Origin: Coleofasciculus sp. B1-GNL1-01
GTDB taxonomy: Bacteria > Cyanobacteriota > Cyanobacteriia > Cyanobacteriales > Coleofasciculaceae
DNA: 64,000 nt
NCBI GenBank assembly: GCA_040220235.1
Contig: JAVJTO010000119.1
Reading direction: 5' to 3' (one strand)
Part shown: in pieces, positions 19,844 to 30,217 of the stretch
Layout of the letters: every line of letters begins with the position of its first letter
Numbering within the stretch: position 1 is the stretch's first letter
Program-made: the position numbers and the translations under genes
The notes under the pieces: model-generated
Told to the model about the DNA's origin: nothing
The model's input: only the letters and a program-made list of their open reading frames with translations
Databases searched by the model: none

Positions 19844-20134
19844 TTAACCCCAAGGATCATGTTCTTCGCCAATCATCCGATTCGCGATCGCTCTCCATAC
19901 ATACGCCAAACCTGTTCTGGATAATAGGTTAGTCTGAGCGATGATATAGTCAGCCAGATGACTGGTGGCGGATATGACAATTAACCCCGATTCTTGACCC
20001 AGTAACCGTTCTACCAGTTCCGCTTTTTCCTCTGTTGATAGGGTATTCGCTGCTTGCCAAACGGTATCTACAGGACTAGACTGATTGTTCATTGGTATTA
20101 TGTCGCGTTCATACATCGTTTTACTGTTCCTCAT
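19844..20134 (-). CDS. hypothetical protein
   Basis: 96-aa ORF, LSTEEKAELVERLL helical motif. Confidence 0.55.
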   Translation of the reverse strand: MRNSKTMYERDIIPMNNQSSPVDTVWQAANTLSTEEKAELVERLLGQESGLIVISATSHLADYIIAQTNLLSRTGLAYVWRAIANRMIGEEHDPWG

Positions 20135-20235
20135 ACAACTAGGAAGATTATAGGAATCATACCAGTTCTGATGAAACCGTGGATCTACGTAAAAATGAAA
20201 GTTATCGGTGAGAGCATACTGTATAAATTACGGAA

Positions 20236-22014
20236 TTACTCCGGCTTAATCGGTAAACTGACGATAAACTCTGAACCTTGACCCAGTTCTGAAATTACCT
20301 TTATTTTTCCCTGATGTTTCTCAATAATCTGATAGGATATAGCCAAACCCATCCCTGTGCCTTGTCCAACGGGCTTGGTGGTGAAAAAGGGGTCAAATAT
20401 TTTAGGTTTTATGTCTGGAGGAATCCCCGAACCTGTATCCTGAATTTTGATTTCAACGTGATCAGAATTAACGTGCTGGGTTTGAATTAAAATCTGTCGT
20501 TTCGCCAAACCTGATTCAACAGTCAGTTCATCGATGGCATTATTGATAATATTCATAAACACTTGATTAAGTTGGGCTGGATAGCACTCAATTAAAGGAA
20601 TTTGTCCATACTGCTTGATCACTTTAATAGTCTGAGTCAGACGAGAATTTAAAATCAAAAGGGTATTATCAATTCCTTCGTGAAGATCAACTCGTTTCAT
20701 TTCTGCCTCATCGAGGCGAGAGAAGTTTCGCAAGGATAAAATGATTTGGCGAATGCGTTCACTTCCCACTTCCATGGAGTTCATAATTTTGGGTAAATCG
20801 TCGCGGATAAACTGAAAATCCATGTCGTCAAGCTTTGTTTTAATCTCCGCTGAAGGCTGGGGATACTGCTGCTGATAGAGATGTAAGAGTTCGAGAAGAT
20901 CATGGGTATAATCTTGGACATAGGTCAGATTGCCATAAATAAAATTAACCGGATTATTAATTTCATGGGCAAGTCCAGCCACCATCCGTCCCAAACTAGA
21001 CATTTTTTCACTTTGAATCAGTTGCACTTGGGCTTGCTGTAAGTCCCGAATTTGTGTAGCGACTCGTTGAATCAGATGATTCAGGGATGTGGCTAATACG
21101 CCGATTTCATCCTCAGTTGTCACGGCGGCTTGTAAGTTAAAATTGCCCTCCTGGGTGGCTTGTTCGGCGACGCGGGTGACGGATTGAATTGGACGGGCGA
21201 TCGCACGACTGGTATAGATGGCTAAAACAGCAGCAATTCCTATCGATAGCATCATACTCCCCGCAATGATGCTAGCCCGTAATATCTTGGCTTCTTTGAA
21301 TTTCGCCTTTGCCTGCTGTTGTTGAATTTCCGTTAAGCGAACAACTTCGTCTAAATTGGCGGAAATTGTTTCAAATTGGGGAATTAATTCCTCCTTCAAG
21401 TTTGTCAGCAAAAAGGACTTAATGCTTTGAGCCTGAGTAATCGTAATTGTTTCCGAATTGATTTTTTCTAAAAGAGAACGAACGGTTTGCTGATATATAT
21501 CTAACCCTCGATCACAATCATTCAACAGGACTGTAGATTTTTTAGTATAATTAGAATAACTAATAGGTAATTCGCGATTATTGCTTAAATGGGTCTGTAA
21601 TTTTGACAGTTGGCTATTGGCTTTGATTAAATTTTCGTTTAATTCAATAATGTTTTCAACCTTGATAGTCTGATTTAGGGATAAATATTTTAATCGCTCT
21701 TGGTATAATATGATATTAAAGAAGGATTGTTCTAAATCCTCCATCAGTTCTAGGCGTTCCTGAGTGATTTCTAATGACTCTCTGGCGCGGTCATCATAAT
21801 ATTCTCCCACGATTAATCCTGTCGCTGTCCCCAAAACAGCAATACTCACCGCTAAAAAATAGCCAGAACCAATTTTTTGATGAATACTCCAACGACGGCT
21901 GATACGATTAATCCAGAGTCCAGGATTAGCAAACCGAGGAAAGCGACGCGCTGGTGGGGAAGGAGTCGCCACACCTGGAGAATGAGAAAGAATGCCCGAT
22001 TCTGAGTGATGCAT
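20236..22014 (-). CDS. membrane sensor histidine kinase (2 TM, HAMP, HisKA, HATPase)
   Basis: DEIGVLA, LAHEINNP, QVFMNIINNA, DTGSG, FDPFFTTK, GTGMGL. Confidence 0.95.
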   Translation of the reverse strand: MHHSESGILSHSPGVATPSPPARRFPRFANPGLWINRISRRWSIHQKIGSGYFLAVSIAVLGTATGLIVGEYYDDRARESLEITQERLELMEDLEQSFFNIILYQERLKYLSLNQTIKVENIIELNENLIKANSQLSKLQTHLSNNRELPISYSNYTKKSTVLLNDCDRGLDIYQQTVRSLLEKINSETITITQAQSIKSFLLTNLKEELIPQFETISANLDEVVRLTEIQQQQAKAKFKEAKILRASIIAGSMMLSIGIAAVLAIYTSRAIARPIQSVTRVAEQATQEGNFNLQAAVTTEDEIGVLATSLNHLIQRVATQIRDLQQAQVQLIQSEKMSSLGRMVAGLAHEINNPVNFIYGNLTYVQDYTHDLLELLHLYQQQYPQPSAEIKTKLDDMDFQFIRDDLPKIMNSMEVGSERIRQIILSLRNFSRLDEAEMKRVDLHEGIDNTLLILNSRLTQTIKVIKQYGQIPLIECYPAQLNQVFMNIINNAIDELTVESGLAKRQILIQTQHVNSDHVEIKIQDTGSGIPPDIKPKIFDPFFTTKPVGQGTGMGLAISYQIIEKHQGKIKVISELGQGSEFIVSLPIKPE

Positions 22015-22231
22015 AAGGTAAATGCGATACTGCCAGTGTTTTACTATAGATAAAGCACCCTTTGCCTTTCCAAGGTAAAATTTTTAGATGTCAATCCTGT
22101 GAATCTGGTGTTTCAGTCATTCGTCATTCGTCATTCGTCATACTCGCTATCGCGAGAAGCAAGCTACGTCATTTATCATTCGCCCTCATCTTCCCCATCT
22201 CCCCCATCTCCCTGTTTCCTGTTCCCTATAA

Positions 22232-22990
22232 CTAAACCGCTAAAAAGCGCTGAATCACCTGCTGACTCAATTCGCTGGTTGAACCTGATGCGACAATACC
22301 TCCCTTCTGCATGGCGTAGTACCAATCCGCTTGTCGTACAAAATGCAGATGCTGTTCCACTAGCAACACAGAAATCCCTGTAGACTTGACAATCTGGCGG
22401 ATAGCGGCTTCAATTTCTAAGATAATCGAAGGTTGAATCCCTTCGGTGGGTTCATCCAACACCAATAATCGAGGTTTTCCCATTAACGCCCGCGCGATCG
22501 CAAGTTGTTGCTGTTGTCCTCCACTTAAGTCTCCACCCATACGAGATAGCATGGATTCTAACACGGGGAATAAGCTGAAAATTTCTTCGGGAATCTCGGT
22601 TTTGTTCCCTCTACCCCGACGACAGGCTTCCAACCCCAGCAAGAGATTTTCTTTTACCGTTAAGCGCGGAATAATCTCCCGCCCTTGGGGAACATAACCA
22701 ATTCCTAATTTTGCCCGTTGATCGGGGGATTTATGGGTAATCAGTTGCTCGGCTAAGGTAATTGTACCTGTTCGAGGTTTAAGTAACCCCATAATCGTTT
22801 TCAATAACGTTGTTTTGCCTACGCCATTACGTCCAATCAGGCAAACCATTTGTCCGACGGGTACACTTAAATCGACATCCCGCAGGATGTGACTTTCGCC
22901 ATAGTAAACATTCGCATCCCTAATTTGCAGCATTAGCTGAGTTGAAGATTGATGATCGATTTTAGATATTACTTGCTCAGTTTGACTCAT
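22232..22990 (-). CDS. urtE: urea ABC transporter ATP-binding subunit
   Basis: GRNGVGKTT, YVPQGRE, LSGGQQQQ, LDEPTEGIQPS; position in operon. Confidence 0.95.
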   Translation of the reverse strand: MSQTEQVISKIDHQSSTQLMLQIRDANVYYGESHILRDVDLSVPVGQMVCLIGRNGVGKTTLLKTIMGLLKPRTGTITLAEQLITHKSPDQRAKLGIGYVPQGREIIPRLTVKENLLLGLEACRRGRGNKTEIPEEIFSLFPVLESMLSRMGGDLSGGQQQQLAIARALMGKPRLLVLDEPTEGIQPSIILEIEAAIRQIVKSTGISVLLVEQHLHFVRQADWYYAMQKGGIVASGSTSELSQQVIQRFLAV

Positions 22991-23200
22991 AGCTAGAAGC
23001 GATTAATTGGTATTCTTAGTGTAGTGCAGCATCGCTCAAACATTATTGAGGAGTGTTAAGTTTAGGAACTATCTCAGAGCATCGCTGGGTGTAACCACAG
23101 TTCGCGATCGCAAGACGTAAAAATTATGCCCTGAACGTTGTTTCAGAGTCAATTATAGCGGCAGATTTAGATATTATGGGGGCATATTTAGGCACAATTT

Positions 23201-23262
23201 TAGGGGCGGGTTTAGGGACTAAATTTCGCTATTCACCGATAACATTTCAACAAAACCCGCCC
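23201..23262. repeat. REP-like element GGGGCGGGTTT...AAACCCGCCC (copies at 40813-40872 and 61336-61396)
   Basis: Three ~60-bp copies with conserved inverted ends and divergent spacers. Confidence 0.75.
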
Positions 23263-23632
23263 TCCCCACCGATAACTGAACTGGTATTATAGGTTGAAGC
23301 TTTTATAAAGAAAACTTTTAAGTTCAAAGTTTAAGATTTGATTTTGTAAATATGATGGAATTTTGACAGGGCAGCAGCAGTTCCTGGAAAAGCCCAATTT
23401 GACGTTGTTATTTGGCTGTAGTATGATATATTAAAAAATGTGTAGTCTGTTAACATAGGCTAATTGTAGCTAATTTGCAAAAATGCAGGCTTTAAACCCT
23501 TACTCTGGCGTCATTTTGTTGGCTAGCGTCGGCAAAACTAAAAAAATACAAGCATACCCCAATGACAAAATTTTTTGATCTTATTCAGAAATAAATTTGA
23601 CAAAAAACACATTTTATGTATTTAATCCTCAA

Positions 23633-24772
23633 TCACAACGACTTGGAGGTATCTGTTTCCAAGCGATTCACCACAGCTTCCGGTAAATCCAGAAGCGTCA
23701 CTAGGTCTTTATAGGCTGCTGCTTCTTGTTCATTAATCGTCGGTTCATTAGGCGTGCGGGCGCTAACATTAATCACCTCATACCCCAACTTCAGAATTAA
23801 CTCCCGTTCTTCAGGACTTTCAATTTGAGCCACCAACTCATCAATATCAACATGAGCGCTTAAATAATCCCGCAGTTCTGTTTGTAACTTCTTCTGTTCT
23901 TCACTATCCGTCGAAAACAATTGACTCAAGCGAGCAATAATTAACTCCGCTTCTTCGGGCGCTAAATCCCCATCAGACCAAGCCATTGCGGTCACAATTC
24001 GCAACAGTTTCATTTGATGGGCGCTAATCGAGGACTCTCGTCCCAAATACACTTCCACCACACGGGGGTCATTATGCACCTCATCAATACTTCCTTCACA
24101 TAACACCGAACCTTCATGCAGCACCGTCACCTTACGGGCAATCAACCGCACAAATTCCATATCATGTTCAATGACAATAATTGAATGACTCTCGGCTAAG
24201 TTGATCAGCAAGTCAGCAATATTTTCGGTCTCTTCATCAGTCAACCCAGCCACAGGTTCATCAACCAGCAATAAATCAGGGGATTGCGCCACCAACATGC
24301 CAATTTCTAACCGTTGCTTTTCCCCATGGGAGAGTAAATCGGCTTGTAAATCGGCTTTGGGAACTAAACCAATTGTTTCTAATAACCCTAACACCGTGCG
24401 TCGTTCCGATGCAGCAGGACGCCCAAACAGCGTTGAAAAAACATTTTTACGGCGATTACAGGCTAAGTCTAAATTTTCTCGCACTGTTAGATTTAGGTAA
24501 ACTCGCGGGGTTTGAAATTTACGACCAATCCCCATCCGCACAATCCTATCTTCCGATTTACGCCGCAGATTGCGTCCTTTAAACAGGACTCGTCCCCTAG
24601 TTGGCTGGACTTTTCCGGTGATCACATCGAGGAACGTGGTTTTTCCTGCACCATTGGGTCCAATAATCACCCGTAATTCTCCAGTATCCATACTGAAGTT
24701 AAGGGTGTTGAGTGCCTTAAAGCCATCAAAACTAACGGTTAAATCTTCAATTGATAATATCGGTTGATTCAT
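23633..24772 (-). CDS. urtD: urea ABC transporter ATP-binding subunit with C-terminal TerB-like extension
   Basis: GPNGAGKTT, GRKFQTP, LSHGEKQRLE, VIEHDM, EVYLG, then ~130 aa LRIVTAMAWSDGDLAPEE... Confidence 0.93.
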   Translation of the reverse strand: MNQPILSIEDLTVSFDGFKALNTLNFSMDTGELRVIIGPNGAGKTTFLDVITGKVQPTRGRVLFKGRNLRRKSEDRIVRMGIGRKFQTPRVYLNLTVRENLDLACNRRKNVFSTLFGRPAASERRTVLGLLETIGLVPKADLQADLLSHGEKQRLEIGMLVAQSPDLLLVDEPVAGLTDEETENIADLLINLAESHSIIVIEHDMEFVRLIARKVTVLHEGSVLCEGSIDEVHNDPRVVEVYLGRESSISAHQMKLLRIVTAMAWSDGDLAPEEAELIIARLSQLFSTDSEEQKKLQTELRDYLSAHVDIDELVAQIESPEERELILKLGYEVINVSARTPNEPTINEQEAAAYKDLVTLLDLPEAVVNRLETDTSKSL

Positions 24773-24920
24773 ATAGCATTTTTATTTGAGTCGTAAACAC
24801 AGGAACCTGGTAAAAAGGCAATGGGCAATAGGCAATAGGCAATAGGGGAAAAAGAGAGGGAGTTTTGTTGAAAGCAAAGAAAAGACAATCTAGATGCACA
24901 TTTCATTTGAAAACGCTATA
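24772..24920. mobile_element. MITE-like element with TATAGC ends, carrying a (GGCAATA)n repeat
   Basis: TATAGCATTTT at the left end; AAAACGCTATA at the right end. Confidence 0.55.
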
Positions 24921-24982
24921 GTTGGCAAACGTTTAGCTAACCCAGGACGAAGGACAAATGACGAAGGACAAAGGACGAACGA

Positions 24983-26158
24983 CTAATGACTAATTTCCTC
25001 TCGTTCTCGCTGTACCTCTGGGTCTTCTTCTAAACTGGGATAAGTAATTACTTCTTTTCGCTTCCCAAATAGACTCAGCAACGCCGGATATCCGGAATAC
25101 CGGCACCACCCGACAATCCCACTCGGTAACACCGTCACCACCAGCAAAAATAATCCCCCTTGGAAAAATAGCCAACTTTCAGCAAAGTTTTCACTAAAAA
25201 GGCTTTTGGCAAAATTAACCACCAACGCCCCTAGAATTGCGCCCACGAGTGTAGCACGACCACCAACCGCCACCCAAATCACCATTTCAATCGAAAAGGC
25301 AATATCCATCGCTTTGGGTGAAATAATCCCCGTTTGCAGCGTAAACATCGCCCCCGCGATTCCCGCCAACCCCGCAGAAATAGCAAAGACTAATACCTTA
25401 AATCCGGTGGGATTGTACCCCGAAAACCGCACCCGATTTTCATCATCGCGAATCGCCACTAGCAAGCGCCCAAAACGACCCTGAGTCAGCCAGCGACATA
25501 AGGCATAAGAGACTACCAGCAATAGAATTGTAATGGTATAAAATATAAACTGGGTTCGGCTGGCATTCACATCAGCCCCCAGTAAGGTTTGGTAATTGGT
25601 CAAACCATTCGTACCGTTAAATAGTTTCTGCTGGCCATTGAAGAAATTGAAAAATACAATCGTCGCCGCTTGGGTGAGGATGGAAAAATAAACACCTCGA
25701 ATCCGGTTACGAAAGACAAGATAGCCAAACAAGCCCCCGACGATAGCCGGAATAATAATCACGGCAAAGACAGCAAATCCAAAGGAATCAAACGGTTGCC
25801 AAAACCAGGGCAATTTCTCCACACCGTAGAGAGTCATGAATTCCGGCAAACGATCGCCTTCCAAGGGGGCTAATGTCAAGTGCATTGCCAACGCATAACC
25901 GCCCAAGGCGAAAAAGATGCCATGACCCAGACTTAAAAGTCCGGTATAGCCCCAAATCAAGTCAATTGCCAAGGCTGCGATCGCCAATGCCAAAAATCGC
26001 CCCAACAAGCTCAGGCGAAAGTCAGACAGCGCCAACGGCATGACAATAATCAGCAGCAGGGCGATTAGAGTAACCACACCCACTTCAATCAGCAGCGATT
26101 GACGACGCTTGCGCCGTCGGTCTAGTCCGGGAATTTCAATTACTGAGTCATTTGTCAT
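24983..26158 (-). CDS. urtC: urea ABC transporter permease
   Basis: DLIWGYTGLLSLGHG, RIRGVYFSILTQA, AIRDDENRVRFSGY. Confidence 0.95.
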   Translation of the reverse strand: MTNDSVIEIPGLDRRRKRRQSLLIEVGVVTLIALLLIIVMPLALSDFRLSLLGRFLALAIAALAIDLIWGYTGLLSLGHGIFFALGGYALAMHLTLAPLEGDRLPEFMTLYGVEKLPWFWQPFDSFGFAVFAVIIIPAIVGGLFGYLVFRNRIRGVYFSILTQAATIVFFNFFNGQQKLFNGTNGLTNYQTLLGADVNASRTQFIFYTITILLLVVSYALCRWLTQGRFGRLLVAIRDDENRVRFSGYNPTGFKVLVFAISAGLAGIAGAMFTLQTGIISPKAMDIAFSIEMVIWVAVGGRATLVGAILGALVVNFAKSLFSENFAESWLFFQGGLFLLVVTVLPSGIVGWCRYSGYPALLSLFGKRKEVITYPSLEEDPEVQREREEISH

Positions 26159-26216
26159 TGGTCATTGGTCATTTGTCATTGGTCATTTGTTTCCCTATTG
26201 CCTATTGCCTATTGCC

Positions 26217-27389
26217 TTATAGTTCATAGGATCGTCCTTTCTGTGGAAAAATCCCGCCCGGTCGAATTTGCAGGAAAATGATAATTAAGGCAAATACCAT
26301 CACCCTTGCCATACTGGTGGTGGAAAAAAAGGTAAAAAACTCAAATAACGGCTGAATCGGTTCAAAAATTAAAGCCAGTATGCCCGAACTAATCAGATAA
26401 TTCATCGTCCCAATCGCTAACGCCGCCACAATCGAACCCACCAATTTACCAACGCCGCCAACCACCACGACCATGAATGTATTGACGATATAATCCTGAC
26501 CCGTATTGGGACTCACTGAACCCAGTAAACTAATCGCACAACCAGCGACTCCAGCTAAACCTGAACCAATAGCAAAGGTTAACGCATCAACCTTACCCGT
26601 AGGAATTCCTAAACAAGCACTCATACTCCGATTTTGAGTCACGGCGCGAATCCGTAATCCCCAAGCTGAACGCTGTAAAAATAGGTAAATTCCCGTAATG
26701 CAAAGAATAGTTAGCCCAATAATAAATAATCGGACATACGATAACTGAAAACTGCCTTCCGGTAACTCCACCATCCACCCTCCCCGTAACCAGGTTGGCG
26801 CGGTTACATCGACACCTTGAGTGCCAAACCAAGGCTTCGTTAACGCCAAGTCGGAGGTTTCACTCAAAACCTTGCCAATCGTAAAGACAATTCCTAAGGA
26901 TAGGACTACCATTGTTGGTATTGCCCAAGAACGAATCCTTGGAAAATCTGCCCGACGAGACAGCACCCACAGCGCCCCAAAAAACAGCAGGCAAAATAGG
27001 GCAATGCCAATCACCATCACCCAATTTACGCTACGGACAAACTGCTGCAAAATTAAACTAACGCCCCAGGTTGCCAGCAAGGTTTCCAGGGGACGCCCGT
27101 ATAGAAACCGGATAAACCCCCGTTCCAGAATCAATCCGACAAGGGCGGTTACCAAAAACGCGATCGGTATGGCAAATAGGATATAGGTTTCAAACCAAGG
27201 TTCTCCCAGAGACTTGAAACCATTTTGGACAACAAAGGTCGTATAAGCACCCAGCATCATCAACTCCCCGTGTGCCAAGTTGATCACACCCATGAGTCCA
27301 AACACAATGGCTAATCCCAGCGCTGCAATTAATAAAACAGCGCCATTACTGATCCCGCCATAGAGACTACCTAACAGTCCTGCTAGCAC
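26217..27389 (-). CDS. urtB: urea ABC transporter permease
   Basis: FGLMGVINLAHGE, YGRPLETLLATWGVSL, RAVTQNR. Confidence 0.95.
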   Translation of the reverse strand: MLAGLLGSLYGGISNGAVLLIAALGLAIVFGLMGVINLAHGELMMLGAYTTFVVQNGFKSLGEPWFETYILFAIPIAFLVTALVGLILERGFIRFLYGRPLETLLATWGVSLILQQFVRSVNWVMVIGIALFCLLFFGALWVLSRRADFPRIRSWAIPTMVVLSLGIVFTIGKVLSETSDLALTKPWFGTQGVDVTAPTWLRGGWMVELPEGSFQLSYVRLFIIGLTILCITGIYLFLQRSAWGLRIRAVTQNRSMSACLGIPTGKVDALTFAIGSGLAGVAGCAISLLGSVSPNTGQDYIVNTFMVVVVGGVGKLVGSIVAALAIGTMNYLISSGILALIFEPIQPLFEFFTFFSTTSMARVMVFALIIIFLQIRPGGIFPQKGRSYEL

Positions 27390-27454
27390 AATTTTCTACG
27401 TTGATTGTTGGTCAGGAATGACAAAGGACAAAGGACTAATGACTAATGACTGAC

Positions 27455-28777
27455 TTATACGTCTTTCAACTTATATTTACCCCCCTTACTTGGATCAGAC
27501 CAATCACAACCTAATCCCTTAGTATCGGCAACAAATTGATTCCAGGGAACGGGTTCAACAGCCGCTTCCGTTTCGTTGACAATTTCAAATAAACCATCCT
27601 CTCCCACTTTTCCAATCCGTACCACTTTTGAGAGATGATGGTTAGGATTCATCGTAACCATCCCTTCTGGGGCTTCAAATTTCTGACCATAAGCCGCTTT
27701 GCGAACCGCCTCTAAATCATCAGCCGTTCCTGCTTGTTCAACCGCTTGCTTCCACAAGTAAACGCCAATGTAGGCAGCTTCCATCGGGTCGTTGGTCACT
27801 CGGTCTTCACCATATTTTGCCTTAAATGCCTTGACAAATTCCTGGTTTTCTGGTGTGTCAACCGTTTGGAAATAGTTCCACGCCGCATACTGATCTTTCA
27901 GGTATTCTGTACCAATTGCCTTGACTTCTTCTTCAGCAATACTCACCGACATCACCGGATACTTATCTGGGGTTAACCCTGCACCCTGTAACTGTTTGAA
28001 GAAAGCCACATTACTATCACCATTGAGGGTATTAAAAATAACTCCTCCGTCTGGTAACGCCGCGCGGATTTTAGTAATAATTGGGGTAACTTCTGTATTT
28101 CCCAGAGGCAAGTAATCCTCGCCAACGGTTTCGCCACCCAGTTCTGCAAGCTGTGCCTTAATAATTGTGTTGGCGGTTTGAGGGAACACGTAGTCAGAAC
28201 CAATCAGGAAGAATTGTTTACCCTTATTCTCCAGCAACCAATCCACGGCTGGTTCAATCTGTTGATTCGGAGCCGCGCCTGTATAAAAGATATTGTTAGA
28301 ACACTCCTGACCCTCGTACTGCACAGGATACCAGAGCATATGTTTTTTCTCTTCAAAGACGGGCAATACCGCCTTGCGGCTAGCCGACGTCCAGCAGCCA
28401 AAAACGGCAACAACCTGATCTTGGTCAATTAGCTTTCTGGCTTTCTCAGCAAACGTGGGCCAATCTGAAGCACCATCTTCCACAATCGGTTCAATCTGCT
28501 TACCCAGGACACCCCCAGCAGCGTTGATTTCCTCAATGGCGAGTTGTTCGGCATCCACGACGCTTTTTTCACTAATCGCCATTGTGCCACTCAGGGAATG
28601 GAGAATCCCGACTTTTATCGTGTCTCCATTACCACCAGCCGCCGCCGAGTCAGAGGTTGTTGCCTCTCCTGTGGTATCCGGTGCTGGCGGCTCACTACAG
28701 GCTTTGAGGAGAATACTGGTGCCTAATGTGGCGGAGCCATAGATCAAAAATTTGCGTCGCCCTAATCGTCTAACCAT
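27455..28777 (-). CDS. urtA: urea ABC transporter substrate-binding lipoprotein
   Basis: RRKFL Tat motif + LKAC lipobox; [29 protein letters not shown]. Confidence 0.97.
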   Translation of the reverse strand: MVRRLGRRKFLIYGSATLGTSILLKACSEPPAPDTTGEATTSDSAAAGGNGDTIKVGILHSLSGTMAISEKSVVDAEQLAIEEINAAGGVLGKQIEPIVEDGASDWPTFAEKARKLIDQDQVVAVFGCWTSASRKAVLPVFEEKKHMLWYPVQYEGQECSNNIFYTGAAPNQQIEPAVDWLLENKGKQFFLIGSDYVFPQTANTIIKAQLAELGGETVGEDYLPLGNTEVTPIITKIRAALPDGGVIFNTLNGDSNVAFFKQLQGAGLTPDKYPVMSVSIAEEEVKAIGTEYLKDQYAAWNYFQTVDTPENQEFVKAFKAKYGEDRVTNDPMEAAYIGVYLWKQAVEQAGTADDLEAVRKAAYGQKFEAPEGMVTMNPNHHLSKVVRIGKVGEDGLFEIVNETEAAVEPVPWNQFVADTKGLGCDWSDPSKGGKYKLKDV

Positions 28778-28838
28778 TTGTATAAATATTCCTCGGCTAA
28801 TTCCGTGGGTTGATAGAGATAAACAAGGTTAAGCTGTG

Positions 28839-28880
28839 ATATTAGAGCGAGCTTATCTGAGGAATTGTTATTTTTAATAC
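28839..28880 (-). promoter_or_regulatory. class II NtcA-activated promoter of urtA
   Basis: Minus strand: GTA-ttaaaaat-AAC (28880-28867; one mismatch to GTAN8TAC), exactly 22 nt, then TAATAT -10 box (28844-28839). Confidence 0.8.
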
Positions 28881-28992
28881 AAAATTGCGAGACGAGGCAG
28901 ATGAATCAGAGCGCTCAGATGACTGCGCTGTAGGGGCGCAAGCCTTGCGCCCATTCGGGAAGATGGCTGAGATGGGGAAGTCCGAAAAAAAG

Positions 28993-29022
28993 TTGAACAC
29001 AAATTAAAAGTTGTGCTAGTAT
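28993..29022 (+). promoter_or_regulatory. sigma70-type promoter of the tRNA pair
   Basis: TTGAAC-N18-TAGTAT, ~20 nt upstream of tRNA-Tyr. Confidence 0.5.
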
Positions 29023-29041
29023 TAATAACTGTGAACGAAAT

Positions 29042-29123
29042 GGGTCGATGCCCGAGTGGTTAATGGGGGCGGACTGTAAATCCGCTGGCTTTGCCTACGT
29101 TGGTTCAAATCCAACTCGGCCCA
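29042..29123 (+). tRNA. tRNA-Tyr(GTA)
   Basis: Acceptor GGGTCGA/TCGGCCC, anticodon loop CTGTAAA, long variable arm, TTCAAAT T-loop. Confidence 0.97.
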
Positions 29124-29178
29124 TCACATAACTCTAATTTTTAGAGGGTATGTGTACTAGAAGCGTCCATATAAATAT

Positions 29179-29250
29179 GCCCGTGTAGCTCAGTGGTAGA
29201 GCACACCCTTGGTAAGGGTGAGGTCACGAGTTCAATCCTCGTCACGGGCT
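29179..29250 (+). tRNA. tRNA-Thr(GGT)
   Basis: Acceptor GCCCGTG/CACGGGC, anticodon loop TTGGTAA, GTTCAAT T-loop. Confidence 0.97.
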
Positions 29251-29337
29251 TTTTGCAAATCTGTATTCTCGTTGGTTTCGTAGTTGATGGCATAGGGAAC
29301 AGCCTTGGTTGTGGTTAAGAGAATATCCTGTCATGAT

Positions 29338-29437
29338 TAACTCAACCTGAAGAACATTTCGATACAAAAATAGCAAAGCACTCAAGGCTTGGCGCGTGAG
29401 TAGAAACTGTAACTTGACGATCAACTGCAAGATGTGT
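29338..29437 (-). pseudogene. intI: integron-integrase N-terminal (SAM-like) relic, frameshifted
   Basis: THLAVDRQVTVST [frameshift] QALSALLFLYRNVLQVEL, compared with IntI-type THLAV.R.V..STQNQALSALLFLYR.VL. Confidence 0.75.
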
Positions 29438-29686
29438 TGAGATGGGATCAAAAATAGTGAATTTTCTGCACTCCCCTATCGTAGGGATGGTTTTTGCTTT
29501 TGCAGGCGTCGATATCGCTTAATCCAATTGAGATAATTTGGCTCAGTGCGGTAGAAATAATCCTTGATGCGAATGACCTCACGAAATGGGTACTCTTACA
29601 AAGAAAGAAGGAGTTCCACGTTAAATTTTGATTGCTTTCACAAAACTCTTCACCTCTCCATTAATGACTAAAGGGATATACCGAAA

Positions 29687-30184
29687 ATGCCTCAAAATAG
29701 TCGATTGTTAGATTTAAATAAAAACCTTCAACTCCTTTATGAGAAATTGGCAGCCATGGAGCGTAGCCGTATTACAGCATATGATGCTGAAGCAAAAATT
29801 TCTATTGAAATGCGAATTAGGGAAGAAATTATTCCAGACATTCGTCGCTACGAAGCAGAGTATTGGCAAGTTCTATCTCAAGAATTCAATGCGTTGTCTA
29901 TTAATGAAATAGAAGCAAATAATGTAATTATTGAAGTGACTCAAACAATTGAGCAAATAACTAAACATCAGACTAGCAGATATCCAGATGAGATAATTCA
30001 TCTACTTCTTGAGATTCGAGATAAACTGAGAGAACCAGATAAATCTTCTACTGCCAAATTAAAAGCTACGCTTCCGCTATTGCCCCCTTTTGTATCTTAC
30101 GAAATTGAATTTGGTACACAAGATATACTTCAGCAATTTTTCCCCACCTTCAGTCGTCTACTGAATAAAACAAAAAAAAAGTAG
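29687..30184 (+). CDS. alpha-helical protein (effector-associated-domain-like); frame-0 product of a frameshifted gene
   Basis: 165-aa ATG ORF ending ...AKLKATLPLLP.FVSYEIE...KTKKK* on an A9G tract. Confidence 0.8.
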   Translation: MPQNSRLLDLNKNLQLLYEKLAAMERSRITAYDAEAKISIEMRIREEIIPDIRRYEAEYWQVLSQEFNALSINEIEANNVIIEVTQTIEQITKHQTSRYPDEIIHLLLEIRDKLREPDKSSTAKLKATLPLLPPFVSYEIEFGTQDILQQFFPTFSRLLNKTKKK

Positions 30185-30217
30185 TTGACCTCATTACGGA
30201 TTGTCCGTATCGAGGTT
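30175..30217 (+). promoter_or_regulatory. programmed -1 frameshift signal
   Basis: In-frame A_AAA_AAG (30175-30181), TAG, 6-nt spacer, stem-loop ACCTC-at-TACGGA-ttg-TCCGTA-tc-GAGGT (30188-30216). Confidence 0.75.

Noticed and set aside
29242..29451. 69-aa ORF as an intact gene
   Set aside because: Only the central part is integrase-like, the homology spans two frames, and it overlaps the tRNA
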